A DNA stretch of 50,447 bases from a virus (lineage: Duplodnaviria > Caudoviricetes). The stretch covers positions 1 through 50,447 of IMG/VR virus record IMGVR_UViG_3300020045_006640, one strand, 5' to 3'. The first letter of the stretch is position 1; every line of letters starts with the position of its first letter. The notes beneath the pieces were generated by a model. It was not told the DNA's origin. It saw only the letters and a list, made by a program, of their open reading frames with translations, and searched no databases. The position numbers and the translations under genes are program-made. Of this stretch, positions 35,181 to 45,907 are shown piece after piece.

Positions 35181-37328
35181 ATGGCCGATATTGCTGAACT
35201 AGGCTTCCGGGTCGATAGTGATCCGCTGAAGCGTGCGGCAGATCGGCTTGACACCCTGGCACCTTCAGCGGACCGCGCCGAACGGGCAACCGATCGGTTC
35301 AACCGCACAGCAGGGACGGGGCGTAAGTCGGTTGACAGCCTCGCGATGGGCGTTGGTGGCCTGACAACCATTGTCGCCCGTCTGGCGGCTGGTATCGCGG
35401 CCTATGCCAGCGTCAGCGAGTTGATCAACCTTACAAACACCTGGACCGATCTGAATTCGCGCATTGAAATCGCGTCCGGATCGATTGGTCAGGGAACCGT
35501 TGTCATGGAACGCTTAAGCGACATGGCACGCCGTACCTATTCCAGTCTGACACTGACGGCTGAAGGCTATTTGCGCAACGCCGTTGCAATGCGTCAACTC
35601 GGTTACACGACAAATCAAACGCTCGATTACGTTGAAGCGATCAACAACGCTTTGGTTGTTTCCGGGGCGAAAGGCGAACGTGCCGCATCCGTAATGGATG
35701 CACTCGGAAAAGCAATGGCGCTTGGCAAGCTATCCGGTGATCAGCTTGAAATCGTGCTTGCATCGGGCGGACGTGTTGCCCAGGCGCTTGCCGATAGTTT
35801 GGGCGTGTCGGTGCTTGAACTTCGCAAGCTTGGTGCTGAAGGCAAACTAACCGGATCGGTGTTGCAGGAAGGTTTGACCAGCCAGCTTGAAAAGCTACGT
35901 GCTGAAGCCGATGCAATGCCTGCAACAATCGGTGACGCATTCGTGTTGCTCGGTAACAGCATTCTTGAAACGGTCGGCAAGTTCGATCAGGCAACCGGTG
36001 CGTCATCCCGTGTCGCTGGCGGATTGATCTTTCTGGCTGACAACATGGAAATGTTGACACCGATCCTGGCGGGTGTTGGTGCGGTGATCGTGACCGCTCT
36101 AATTCCGGCTCTGGTGTCCGCAACCGCTGCTGTTTCAACCTTCACAATCGCATTGCTCGCAAACCCGCTGACATGGGTTGCACTTGCCGTTGGTGCCGTG
36201 GTTGCCGCGATTGTCATTCTGGTGCAGCGCATGGGCGGTTTGGGTAACACATTCCAGACTGTGCAAATGATCGCTCTGGACGTTTGGAACCGGATCACAG
36301 CCGGTGCGGGCGCGATGATGGCTGCACTCGATCAGGTCAGCTTGAACATTTCGGCAAAATTCACAAGTACATGGGCTGACATTCTTCAAGGCTATATCGG
36401 CCTTGTGAACGCGATTGCCGGTCCTGGCAACGGCTTGGCAATGGCAGCGGCGGATGTGTGGATCGATGCACGCACCCGCGCTAACGAATATGCCGCGTCT
36501 GCTGAAGCCGCTGGCGAGCGGATGAACGCGCTTTGGTCCGAAGCGACTGGTGCGGGCGCGCAAATGGATATCACCGGCCAATCCGTTTCATGGTCGGATT
36601 TCAACAGCGTGCTTGCCGACACCGGTTCAACCGCTGGCTTGGTTACGCCCGCAATGACCGGGCTTGGTGATGCGGCTTCCGGTGCCGCGCCAAAGGTTGC
36701 GGAACTGTCAAGTGCGTTGACTGAAGCACAGCGGCAAGCTGCCGACACTTGGGAATTTTACAAGGGCACGTTCAGTTCGTTTTTCAGCAATTTCAAAAGC
36801 GATATCATGTCCGGAACGTCGCTTTGGGATAGTTTCGCCAATGCGGCTTCAAAGGCTTTGGACAGCATTGCGGATCGTGCGCTAGGCATGGCGGCGGATG
36901 GCATTTTTGATCTGCTGTTTAGCGCTTTCTCTGGCAACTTCATTGGCGGCACATCCGGTGCGCCCGGATTGCAGCTTGGCTTTCAGAAAGGCATTCCGGG
37001 TTTCGACAATGGCGGCTATACGGGCAGCATTGGCACGGGTCAGGCGGCGGGCGTGGTACATGGCCAAGAGTACGTGCTGAACGCTCAGGCAACGCGCTCG
37101 ATTGGCCTGAACACCCTGAACGCCATGAACGCCACGGGTGCGGCACCGGCAAATGACAATGGCGGGTTTGTCTATCAGGACAATCGCGCATATGATTTCA
37201 GCGGGTCCGCAATGACACGTGAAGAAATTGAAGAAATCATGGAAAATGATCGTCGCGCATTGCTGTCCGATATGCCGAACATTATCGCCAGTTACAACGC
37301 CGATCCGCGCAAACGTCGCAAGGGATAA
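35181..37328 (+). CDS. Tape measure protein
   Basis: MADIAELGFRVD, tape-measure domain, Ala/Gly-rich, FDNGGYTG...AGVVHGQEYV. Confidence 0.92.
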   Translation: MADIAELGFRVDSDPLKRAADRLDTLAPSADRAERATDRFNRTAGTGRKSVDSLAMGVGGLTTIVARLAAGIAAYASVSELINLTNTWTDLNSRIEIASGSIGQGTVVMERLSDMARRTYSSLTLTAEGYLRNAVAMRQLGYTTNQTLDYVEAINNALVVSGAKGERAASVMDALGKAMALGKLSGDQLEIVLASGGRVAQALADSLGVSVLELRKLGAEGKLTGSVLQEGLTSQLEKLRAEADAMPATIGDAFVLLGNSILETVGKFDQATGASSRVAGGLIFLADNMEMLTPILAGVGAVIVTALIPALVSATAAVSTFTIALLANPLTWVALAVGAVVAAIVILVQRMGGLGNTFQTVQMIALDVWNRITAGAGAMMAALDQVSLNISAKFTSTWADILQGYIGLVNAIAGPGNGLAMAAADVWIDARTRANEYAASAEAAGERMNALWSEATGAGAQMDITGQSVSWSDFNSVLADTGSTAGLVTPAMTGLGDAASGAAPKVAELSSALTEAQRQAADTWEFYKGTFSSFFSNFKSDIMSGTSLWDSFANAASKALDSIADRALGMAADGIFDLLFSAFSGNFIGGTSGAPGLQLGFQKGIPGFDNGGYTGSIGTGQAAGVVHGQEYVLNAQATRSIGLNTLNAMNATGAAPANDNGGFVYQDNRAYDFSGSAMTREEIEEIMENDRRALLSDMPNIIASYNADPRKRRKG

Positions 37329-37331
37329 GTT

Positions 37332-37982
37332 ATGACCGCCTTTACCTATCCTTACAGCACAACGTTTTTCATGGATACGCTCGGAATTGAAGCGGTTGAA
37401 TGGGATATTGTGCGGTATGATGAATTTGACAGTCAAGGCACCGGCCTGGACATGCAATCAGAAATGGCCGATCCGAAATGGTCCGCAACGTTAGTCATGC
37501 GCGAACTGTACAATGCTGAAGCACGGGCAATGAATGCCAAGGTGCGCAAGCTTGACGGTTCCGCACTGACCTTTCTGGTTTACGATCCATCAAACCCTTA
37601 TCCGGCTGCTGATCCGAAAGGTTTGGTTATCGGGTCCAGTTCGGTTCAGGTCAACAGCATTGGCAGCAACAACAGTTCGATAAGCCTGAAGGGCTTGCCA
37701 GCCGGATACGCACTGACCATTGGCGACAAAGGTCAGATCAATTTCGGAACGGGTCAAGTTTTCTTTTTTGAAATCTCGGAAACGATCAGTGCGAACGGGT
37801 CCGGTGTAACGGCTGAATTTGAAATTTGGCCACACGTCACAATCGGGATTGCAGTTGATCAGGCTGTCAACCTAAAAAAACCCGCATGCAAGATGACGAT
37901 AAAGCCGGGCGGGCACAGCCCTGGTAGATCGCAAGGCGTGATCACTAGCGGCGCATCCTTGTCCGCATTGGAGCATATCTAA
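37332..37982 (+). CDS. Distal tail protein
   Basis: Follows the tape measure gene; LKGLPAGY.L..GD. Confidence 0.7.
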   Translation: MTAFTYPYSTTFFMDTLGIEAVEWDIVRYDEFDSQGTGLDMQSEMADPKWSATLVMRELYNAEARAMNAKVRKLDGSALTFLVYDPSNPYPAADPKGLVIGSSSVQVNSIGSNNSSISLKGLPAGYALTIGDKGQINFGTGQVFFFEISETISANGSGVTAEFEIWPHVTIGIAVDQAVNLKKPACKMTIKPGGHSPGRSQGVITSGASLSALEHI

Positions 37983-38608
37983 TGAGAACGGCAGATAGCG
38001 CATTCATTAGCGCCCTGGTTGACGCACCGGCCAAGGGGATCAAGCCGCGCCGGTTCCTTTGGGTCCGTGCGAAAACTCGCGACACAACCCCTGCTGCCTT
38101 TGAAATTGGGCTTTGGACAGGTGATCGCGACATAAGCGTGACGGTTAAAGACGGGTTGACCGGATCGAACGTCAACCGCGTTTATTTCGGCATGGGTCGC
38201 AAGTTGGTTATGCCAACAATCTCGCGTGTGTCTGATCTGACAATTCAGACACCGACTGTGAAAATGTCGCAACTTTCCAACGTCACGCAAACGCTTGTGC
38301 GTGAAAACAATGTCCGTTTTGCAAAGGTTGATATTCATGAAGGGTTGCTGCACACGACGACAAAACTTCTGGTTAGCGCGCCGGAACTGGTTTTCATTGG
38401 CGAAGTTGACGGCGATCCAATTGAAACACCAAAAGCGGGCGACACGGGTTCAATCACGCTGGAATTAGTATCCGATGCAATTCGCAGTCTGACCCGCACG
38501 AACCCGGCAATGCGTTCATATGAAACGTACAATCAACGCAGCGGTGATCAGTTCGGAAAATATTCAAACACAATCGCAAACTTTGAGTTTGCATGGGGCG
38601 AACAATGA
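37982..38608 (+). CDS. Minor tail / hub protein
   Basis: Position; RSLTRTNPAMRS...R.GDQF.KY. Confidence 0.65.
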   Translation: MRTADSAFISALVDAPAKGIKPRRFLWVRAKTRDTTPAAFEIGLWTGDRDISVTVKDGLTGSNVNRVYFGMGRKLVMPTISRVSDLTIQTPTVKMSQLSNVTQTLVRENNVRFAKVDIHEGLLHTTTKLLVSAPELVFIGEVDGDPIETPKAGDTGSITLELVSDAIRSLTRTNPAMRSYETYNQRSGDQFGKYSNTIANFEFAWGEQ

Positions 38609-39021
38609 CCCGCAAAGATAATTGGCGTAAAGAGTTTGAAACCGTCATTGACGACTTGAAAGCTGAACCCTTTCGTTGGGGCAGTGATTGCCTTTTCGGG
38701 CTGGTTGTGCCAATCCTGAATGCGATCAGCGACGATGGCCCGCGCTTCACGGCGTATGCTGGACGATACAAGACAGCAAAGGGTGCGCTCGGTGTCATGC
38801 GGCGTTCAGGTTTCCAAAATCTTGCTGATCTTGCCGCGTCCGAACTACCTGAAATTCATCCGTCACAGTGTCGGGTTGGGGATATTGCAGCCATTCCGAC
38901 CGATGATGATTTCGGTTTTTCGCTTGGTGTGGTCAATGGCGATCGTGTGTTTGTCAAGCTTGAACACGGGCTTGGAACGCGCGATTTAATGGAAGCGAAA
39001 CGTGCTTTTCAGGTGATTTGA
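38605..39021 (+). CDS. NlpC/P60-like tail assembly protein (DUF6950-like)
   Basis: PFRWG.DC, GRYKT..GA, GDIA. Confidence 0.7.
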   Translation: MTRKDNWRKEFETVIDDLKAEPFRWGSDCLFGLVVPILNAISDDGPRFTAYAGRYKTAKGALGVMRRSGFQNLADLAASELPEIHPSQCRVGDIAAIPTDDDFGFSLGVVNGDRVFVKLEHGLGTRDLMEAKRAFQVI

Positions 39022-39022
39022 T

Positions 39023-41632
39023 ATGCCATTTCTAGTGCCCGCATTTGCCGCTGTTACTGCGTTCGCAAGCACCGCGCTAGGTTCTATTCTGGTCAATGCC
39101 GCAATCAGTGTTGGCCTTAGCCTGTTGTCCGCTGCCCTGGCACCCAAGCAAGACACCAAGGCTTCACAGCCTCGCGGCATGCGCCTTTCCGTGGCAATGG
39201 GCGACACTATTCCGCTTTCGTTTCCGCTCGGTTATGTCGGAACGGCTGGTTCTAAGAAATACGCAATGTCATGGGGCAATTCGGGCGATGTTCCGAATGC
39301 ATACGTGACTGAAGTTTTCCACATTTCAGATATTCCGCTGTCCGGACTAGATGGCTTTTGGGCGAACAAACAGCGTTGCACGATCCTTTGGGGCGAAACA
39401 CCAACTGCGCAAGGATATCCGGTTGCTGAATTCCGGGTGTCCGGTGTTGATCATATGTGGGTCAAGTTCCGGACAGGCTTGGAAACCACTGCTGACAGTT
39501 TCATGGTCGGAACATTCGGCGCGCATCCGGACTATCCCTGGACAAGCGCATTCATCGGGCGCGGCGCGGCGCATGCAATCGTCACGACGCTTTACAACCG
39601 TGAACTGTTCACGTCTGTTCCGACTTGCCTTTTTGAACCGACACCGGCCAAGCTTTACGATCTGCGCAAGGACAGCACAAATGGCGGTTCCGGATCGCAT
39701 CGGTGGAATGATCAAACGACTTGGGAAAGCACGCGCAACCCGGTTGTGATGATCTATAACATCATTCGTGGCATTTATTACAACGGCGTTTGGATGTATG
39801 GCGGACGCGATTTGCCAGCCTTCAGGTTGCCAGCATCGTCATGGATTGCGGCAGCGAACGAATGCGATGCGCCGCGCGCTTTGGCGGCTGGCGGAACTGA
39901 ACCGCAATTCCGTGCGGGTATGGAAATCAACGTTGACGCTGAACCGCTCAGCAACATTGAAGAATTGCTGAAAGCCTGTTCCGCTCGCATGTCTGAAATC
40001 GGCGGCATTTTTGAAATCTTGGTCGGTGTTCCTGGCGCGGCTGTTTACAGCTTCACCGATGACAACATTATGATTTCGCGCGGTCAAAAATACAGTTCGT
40101 TTCCAAGCCTTAGCGCGACACACAACGCGATTGAGGCGACATATCCTGAACCCGGTGAAATGTGGGCTTCCAAGTCCGCACCAGCCCGGTTTAACGCCAC
40201 TTACGAGGCTGAAGATGGCGGGCGGCGGCTTGCCACCGGTCTAACCCTGAACGCCGTGCCATACGCTGTACAAGCTCAGCAGTTGATGGCCACAATGATT
40301 GAGGATGACCGGCGCTGGAGGACGCACTGGTTTACGCTGCCGCCTGACGCTTGGATTTTGACCGGAACGTGTGTCGTCAACTGGACAAGCGCTCGCAACG
40401 GCTATGTGAACAAGAAATTCTTGGTTGTGCAAGCCGATGGTGAACCCGGCATGTCACAGCCGGTGGTGATCCGTGAAATCGATCCGACTGATTACGGTTG
40501 GACTTCTGGCCAGGAATTGCCAAACCCGATTGGCAATCTGGTGATCGTGCGTCCGTCTGCACAGATCGTCAGCGGCTTTCAGGTTTTCCCGGCGATCCTG
40601 TACGATGATGACGGTATTGCGCGCCGTCCGTCGATTGAAGTGGTTTATGATGGCAACATGCCTGACATTCGGGCTGTGCATGTTCTTGTTCGGCTGAAGT
40701 CATCCGGTGCTTATGTTTATGACGGTGAAATTCCGTTTGCTGTTCCGTACCGGAATGTTTTGAACGGTGTTTTTCTGCCGCTGACAACGTATGAAGTTGC
40801 GGCAAAGTATCTGCCATTCAGCGGGCGTCCGACCGAATTCACGACTTATCTTGAAGTCACAACCGATAACGTGAAATTTGTCAGCGGCAAGGATTTCGAT
40901 CCGTTTGGTGATGTTGACCTTGACGCAATCGACGCAGATTTTCAGGGTTTGCTGACTTGGATCGGATCAAACACCCGTGAAATTTTGCGTCAAGCCCAGG
41001 AACTTGCAACCAAGTCGGCTGACGATATTTTTCAGACCTACACGGATCGCCAACAAATCCGGCGTGAAATTACATCTGTTCAGGCGAATGTCACAGCATC
41101 TTATCTTGAAGCAATCACGGTTGCAACCGGACCCGGATCAGCAATTGTCAGTCGAATTGAGGATTTGGAAGTAACTGTAAATGACAGCATTGCGAGTGCT
41201 GTTGATTTATTGCAAACGCAAATCACAACCATCGACGGTGAATTGACAGCCGTCGCTAATTCTGTGACGCTTTTGAATGTAACCGTTGGCAGCTTCAGTG
41301 CGTCCGGATTATTGCGGGCCGAAGTGGTTGCGACTGAAAGCGGCGCGCTTTCCACCATTGGTCTAAGTGCGGCGGCTTCAGGTGGCGGCACGACGCCAAC
41401 CGCCTCGCTGTTCTTATCGGCTCTTGCGGGCGGTGTTAGTCGCGTGTCGATTGAGGCGGACGAATTCATTGTCAGAAACGGCAGCGAAACCCGTCAGCCT
41501 TTTGTTTTTGTCGGTGGTGTTGCACGTCTGAACGTTGCACATATCGGAACCATTACAGCCGGTGTTCTGCAAAGCGGTGACGGCTTGATGGTGATCGATC
41601 TGAACAATAAGCGGATAAGTATTTCAACATGA
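39023..41632 (+). CDS. Tail tip / central fiber protein (gpJ-like)
   Basis: LYDLRKDSTNGGSGSHRW, NPVVMIYN, AAANECD; C-terminal coiled coil and I.ADEF..PFVF. Confidence 0.85.
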   Translation: MPFLVPAFAAVTAFASTALGSILVNAAISVGLSLLSAALAPKQDTKASQPRGMRLSVAMGDTIPLSFPLGYVGTAGSKKYAMSWGNSGDVPNAYVTEVFHISDIPLSGLDGFWANKQRCTILWGETPTAQGYPVAEFRVSGVDHMWVKFRTGLETTADSFMVGTFGAHPDYPWTSAFIGRGAAHAIVTTLYNRELFTSVPTCLFEPTPAKLYDLRKDSTNGGSGSHRWNDQTTWESTRNPVVMIYNIIRGIYYNGVWMYGGRDLPAFRLPASSWIAAANECDAPRALAAGGTEPQFRAGMEINVDAEPLSNIEELLKACSARMSEIGGIFEILVGVPGAAVYSFTDDNIMISRGQKYSSFPSLSATHNAIEATYPEPGEMWASKSAPARFNATYEAEDGGRRLATGLTLNAVPYAVQAQQLMATMIEDDRRWRTHWFTLPPDAWILTGTCVVNWTSARNGYVNKKFLVVQADGEPGMSQPVVIREIDPTDYGWTSGQELPNPIGNLVIVRPSAQIVSGFQVFPAILYDDDGIARRPSIEVVYDGNMPDIRAVHVLVRLKSSGAYVYDGEIPFAVPYRNVLNGVFLPLTTYEVAAKYLPFSGRPTEFTTYLEVTTDNVKFVSGKDFDPFGDVDLDAIDADFQGLLTWIGSNTREILRQAQELATKSADDIFQTYTDRQQIRREITSVQANVTASYLEAITVATGPGSAIVSRIEDLEVTVNDSIASAVDLLQTQITTIDGELTAVANSVTLLNVTVGSFSASGLLRAEVVATESGALSTIGLSAAASGGGTTPTASLFLSALAGGVSRVSIEADEFIVRNGSETRQPFVFVGGVARLNVAHIGTITAGVLQSGDGLMVIDLNNKRISIST

Positions 41633-42402
41633 GCGTTCGTCTTTTTGCGGATGCAACCGCTTGTGCAATTTTCGATGAAGCACCGGGCGGCGGCAATCCG
41701 CTTGATCCGAATTCATTAATGAACCGACCATTTCTGAACCCTTCAGCATGGTCAACCTATGTGTATTTTCATTCTGATTTCAATTATTACGGTGTTGCCG
41801 CCTATGACATGGCCAAAGTGGTCAACCATGCGGCTGTTGCAGGATTGGACACGGTTACGGGTCCGGATGTTGCATCGCTGCATTTCTATGGCCAGACTGT
41901 TGCAACCGATACTGTTCTGATCAATCATGGTTTGGGATACATACCCAAATTCTTCCTGGCGTCAGGCGGAAAAATGTTGCCGCACGGCATTCCGGTTCAG
42001 GTTGACGGTGCTGCTAAGGCACGATTTATTTGTGCTTATGCAACCAGCACACAGATTATTTTGCGTGACATTGGGATATCGTCAAACACGGCACTCGCTG
42101 CAATCAGTTTGACATATCAGGTGCTTGTTTTTCGAGATACGGCACCGCAAGCCGGTGTTGAAAATCTGCGGATCGAGCCGGGCAATGTGATTTTCGGTAA
42201 AGGCAAGTTTCGTGCCGGTCAACCACACTTGCGGATCAGTAGCACGGGCGACACGCCGTTTTCAATCGCGCTCAATAAAACCGCTGCCGTCCGCAACGGG
42301 GCAATTCGGACAATCCCGCCCAACGGCTCAGCTATTGACTTTGGCAACTTTACCGGTTCTCTTGCTGCACCCGGTTTCCAGAATGTGACGGTTGGTTTGT
42401 GA
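41629..42402 (+). CDS. Tail-associated protein
   Basis: Position; VYFHSDFNY, HGLGYIP. Confidence 0.65.
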   Translation: MSVRLFADATACAIFDEAPGGGNPLDPNSLMNRPFLNPSAWSTYVYFHSDFNYYGVAAYDMAKVVNHAAVAGLDTVTGPDVASLHFYGQTVATDTVLINHGLGYIPKFFLASGGKMLPHGIPVQVDGAAKARFICAYATSTQIILRDIGISSNTALAAISLTYQVLVFRDTAPQAGVENLRIEPGNVIFGKGKFRAGQPHLRISSTGDTPFSIALNKTAAVRNGAIRTIPPNGSAIDFGNFTGSLAAPGFQNVTVGL

Positions 42403-43253
42403 TGGTCGATTACTTTGAAGCAAGCGGAAATGAATTTCTAGTTGTGAAAAATGACGATATTGTTTTCGACACTGATCGCCCATCTGTCAACCTTTTTCCG
42501 GACAGCACAAAGATTGCATATACTGGCGGTGTTGACTTTCCGGATCTGTTCAGCACCACAATTTATCTGAACAGATCGACGGGCACGACATATTGCGAAA
42601 GCTATTCCGCGCTGATTTGGCAGGAATGGGGACCGAATGAAGTCGATTTCAATGAAACAACCGCTACAGGTTCGCAGCCCACAACCCGCAATTTGCCGCG
42701 CACTTATCTTGGCACGGTTCCGGCTGACACCGATTATCTTGATGTGCGTGCAACGCTGACACGCACTATTGTTCCGCCACCTTTTTTCACAATGTATCCG
42801 CCCGTTGTGATGTTCAAGGAAGGGTTTGAAATTGATCTGAAAGGCGGTTCATGTCCGTGCGAAATCTTTGCACCGTTGATCCGTCATTTCGATGTTGTCC
42901 GGATCGGTAACGACATTTATCTTGAACGGTATCAGTCTGTAAATTTCAAAGGAAATTACACGGCAGTTGACGCAGCCGGAACACACCCTTGGATCAGCCC
43001 GGGAAGTTCTTCAGGGTGGTCAAATTGGTTTCGCGGCAATGGTGAATGGTCAGCAATTCGCAGCGATGCCGCACAGCTTGCCGTGCGGCTCGATACCAAA
43101 GGACCGGACATTAGCGGCAATAAACGCCCGCCTTGGATCAGCCCGGCTGGCACAAATCCTTGTGCATGCCCAGGCTACGGCACAGTTGCGGCTAACTTCC
43201 GTTCGTTCTATGCTGGCAGCATCACAATTCACCCTGGCAGGATAAACCCGTGA
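42399..43253 (+). CDS. Tail-associated protein
   Basis: Position; IVFDTDRP. Confidence 0.6.
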   Translation: MMVDYFEASGNEFLVVKNDDIVFDTDRPSVNLFPDSTKIAYTGGVDFPDLFSTTIYLNRSTGTTYCESYSALIWQEWGPNEVDFNETTATGSQPTTRNLPRTYLGTVPADTDYLDVRATLTRTIVPPPFFTMYPPVVMFKEGFEIDLKGGSCPCEIFAPLIRHFDVVRIGNDIYLERYQSVNFKGNYTAVDAAGTHPWISPGSSSGWSNWFRGNGEWSAIRSDAAQLAVRLDTKGPDISGNKRPPWISPAGTNPCACPGYGTVAANFRSFYAGSITIHPGRINP

Positions 43254-43423
43254 ATGAACCCAATGCCCGAACGGTTTCAGTTCATGCGATTGCCTTGCGC
43301 GCTGAAGCGAAAGCCAAATGGTCCGAACAGCAAGCTTTGATGCTTCAGGATGAACTGATAATTGCCCGTCAGCAGATCGAACAATTGACTGCCGAACTTG
43401 AACACTTGAAAGCGAAAACCTGA
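43250..43423 (+). CDS. Small coiled-coil protein (57 aa)
   Basis: Not in the track; GTGA and TGATG overlaps fill the gap. Confidence 0.55.
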   Translation: MNEPNARTVSVHAIALRAEAKAKWSEQQALMLQDELIIARQQIEQLTAELEHLKAKT

Positions 43424-44940
43424 TGGCAACGGCACCTGATACCATTACCGGAACAATTACGCTCACTTCCGGTTCGGCAGCGTTCACCACATCCGGCGTC
43501 AACATGATCACGCGCGGGCATTTGCCCGGTGACACGATCATGCACAACGGGTTCGTTCTGATCATCGCCACGATCACGGGCGAAAATGTCGGCACGCTCT
43601 TGGATGTTTGCCCGGCTGGTGCTGCTGGTGCTGCCGTACCTGTCCGCATCCGGTTTCAGCCTGACGGATCGCGCGTTGCAGCCCAGGCGCGCAATCTGAT
43701 CGATTTGCTCGGAAATGGCAATTTGCTGGCGGAAGCCGGTTTGACCGGTGCGGCGGACAAGATCAGCTATTACACGGGTGTAAGCACAAAAGCACTGGCT
43801 ACGCTCACATCATGGGCAAGGGGATTGCTGAATAATCCGGATGTATCCAACGCAAGAATATATCTTGGCTTGTTGGAATTGGCAACCCGTTCAAGTACAG
43901 CATATGCACGTGGCATTCTGGACAATCCGGATGCTGCCAACACTAGAGTTTACTTGGGTGCACAAGCTGCACTTGGATTTACGCCCGCAAACAAGGCTGG
44001 CGATACCTTAACCGGCGATCTGGCCATTGCCAAAGCTTCCCCGACGCTTTCGCTGAACAAAAGTTCCGGCGTAAATGCTTTGCGTGGTCTTTCGGGTGGA
44101 ACACTGCGTTGGCAATTTGAATTCGGCGATAGTGCTGCTGAAGCTGGCGGTAATGCAGGGTCCAATCTGTATTTACGCAGGTTCGATGACGGTGGCACGC
44201 AATTATCGATCCCTTTTTCCATTGATAGGGCAACCGGCATTACTACCATTGCCGACAATCTCAAAATTCTTGGCAGTGGCAGTGCTCAGCTTGACCTAGT
44301 GAAAAACGGAACAACTTCTTGCTTAATCCGTTCATTCAAGGGCGGTGCACTACGTTGGCAAATGGATTTCGGTGACGGTGAAGCTGAAGCGGGCGGCAAT
44401 TCCGGGTCGAACTGGTATTTGCGCCGGTACGATGATGCGGGAAACCCGACCGGGCTTGTTCTGGCGATCAATCGTGCAAGCGGCGCTGGCAGTTGGGGCG
44501 GCAACTTCGCGGTTGCCGGAACGCTGTCCAAGGCGGCTGGCACATTCGACATTGAACACCCGCTTGATCCTGAACGTCGCTTGGTTCATGGGTTCGTTGA
44601 AGCACCGCGATATGATCTGATTTATCGCGGTGTTGCCAAGTTGGTTAAGGGTCGCGCAATGGTCAACATTGACGATGACAGCAACATGACAGCCGGAACA
44701 TTTGCCGCACTCACGACAAATGCAGTTGTGACAAGTCTGCAAAATCAGGACGGTTTTGCGCGGCTGCGTCCTGGCAAAATCAAGGGTGCTGATTTTGAAA
44801 TCATCTGTGAAGATGAAACGTGCACCGACAAAGTTTCATGGGTTGTCATTGCAGAACGCAACGACAAATTTGTGAAAAGCGCAATTGATCCTAACACCGA
44901 CAAAAATGGTCGGTTCAACCCGGAACCTGTAAAGAAATGA
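43423..44940 (+). CDS. Tail fiber protein
   Basis: GAADKISYYTG, ARGLL..PD..AR..LG repeats, GFTPANKAGDT, LSKAAGTFDIEHPLDP. Confidence 0.85.
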   Translation: MATAPDTITGTITLTSGSAAFTTSGVNMITRGHLPGDTIMHNGFVLIIATITGENVGTLLDVCPAGAAGAAVPVRIRFQPDGSRVAAQARNLIDLLGNGNLLAEAGLTGAADKISYYTGVSTKALATLTSWARGLLNNPDVSNARIYLGLLELATRSSTAYARGILDNPDAANTRVYLGAQAALGFTPANKAGDTLTGDLAIAKASPTLSLNKSSGVNALRGLSGGTLRWQFEFGDSAAEAGGNAGSNLYLRRFDDGGTQLSIPFSIDRATGITTIADNLKILGSGSAQLDLVKNGTTSCLIRSFKGGALRWQMDFGDGEAEAGGNSGSNWYLRRYDDAGNPTGLVLAINRASGAGSWGGNFAVAGTLSKAAGTFDIEHPLDPERRLVHGFVEAPRYDLIYRGVAKLVKGRAMVNIDDDSNMTAGTFAALTTNAVVTSLQNQDGFARLRPGKIKGADFEIICEDETCTDKVSWVVIAERNDKFVKSAIDPNTDKNGRFNPEPVKK

Positions 44941-45893
44941 AAATAACCCGCGAATTCATTTTTGCAATCGCACCGACTGCAAAGCCGGAATACGTGACAG
45001 CGATTGTGTCGCATCAATCCCTGTTGTCCGAATATGGGATTTCCAGTGTTCCGGATGTGTGTCACTTCCTGGCGCAATGTGCGGCTGAAACGCAAAGCTT
45101 CAACAAACTGGTTGAAAGCCTGTATTATACCACAACCAGCCGGTTGCGGGCGGTTTGGCCAAGCCGGTTCAAGTCGGACGCGGCAGCATCACCGTTCGTC
45201 CGCAATGAACAGAAGCTTGCAAATCTGGTTTATGGCGGACGGCTCGGAAACACCCTGCCAAATGACGGCTGGCTTTATCGCGGTTCAGGCTGTCCGCACC
45301 TGACTGGCAAATCCAACTATCAGGGCATGCAGGAACGAACCGGCGTTCCGTGTGTCGGTGCGCCTGATCTGGTGCGGGCGTTTCCCGCTGCCTTGGAAGC
45401 CGCGTGCGACTTCTGGCAAGCCAATCGGCTTCACCGCTACACTGGCGACGTGACCGCGCTCACAAAGGCATGGCAGGGCGGCAATGGTGCCCTGGCGGAC
45501 CGGAAAGCCTACACAGCCCGCGCGCTGAAGGCTGCAAGCGCTCTCAACCCGACAACCGCACCTATCAGCCCTGCACCGGCTCAGCCCATCCCTGCCGCAC
45601 AGCTATTGCGCCACGGGTCCAAGGGTGAAGCGGTTCGGTCGCTTCAGGCCAAGCTGACCAGTCGCGGCTATGACGTTGGCCGCAATGATGGTGATTTCGG
45701 TGATAGCACCGAACGCGGCGTGCGTGATTTTCAGCGCGATCACGGGTTGATCAGCGATGGTGTTGCAGGACCGGCAACAATGCGGGCATTGAACAGCAGC
45801 ACGGCACAGGCTAAGGTGCCGCCATCGGCTGAACAGCCGTCCGGACTGAACAAGTTCCTTGCTTGGCTTTTCAGCCTTATAACCCGCGCTTAG
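44937..45893 (+). CDS. Endolysin: GH19-like catalytic domain plus peptidoglycan-binding domain
   Basis: HFLAQ..AET, LANLVYGGRLGN...DGWLYRGSG..HLTGKSNY; LRHGSKGEAVRSLQ...DGDFG..T...V..FQ..HGL..DGVAGPAT. Confidence 0.88.
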   Translation: MKITREFIFAIAPTAKPEYVTAIVSHQSLLSEYGISSVPDVCHFLAQCAAETQSFNKLVESLYYTTTSRLRAVWPSRFKSDAAASPFVRNEQKLANLVYGGRLGNTLPNDGWLYRGSGCPHLTGKSNYQGMQERTGVPCVGAPDLVRAFPAALEAACDFWQANRLHRYTGDVTALTKAWQGGNGALADRKAYTARALKAASALNPTTAPISPAPAQPIPAAQLLRHGSKGEAVRSLQAKLTSRGYDVGRNDGDFGDSTERGVRDFQRDHGLISDGVAGPATMRALNSSTAQAKVPPSAEQPSGLNKFLAWLFSLITRA

Positions 45894-45907
45894 GAGGCGC
45901 AACCGCT

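Noticed and set aside
43423-44940. Diversity-generating retroelement target
   Set aside because: Repeats are in-frame diverged protein repeats; no reverse transcriptase or template repeat seen in the window
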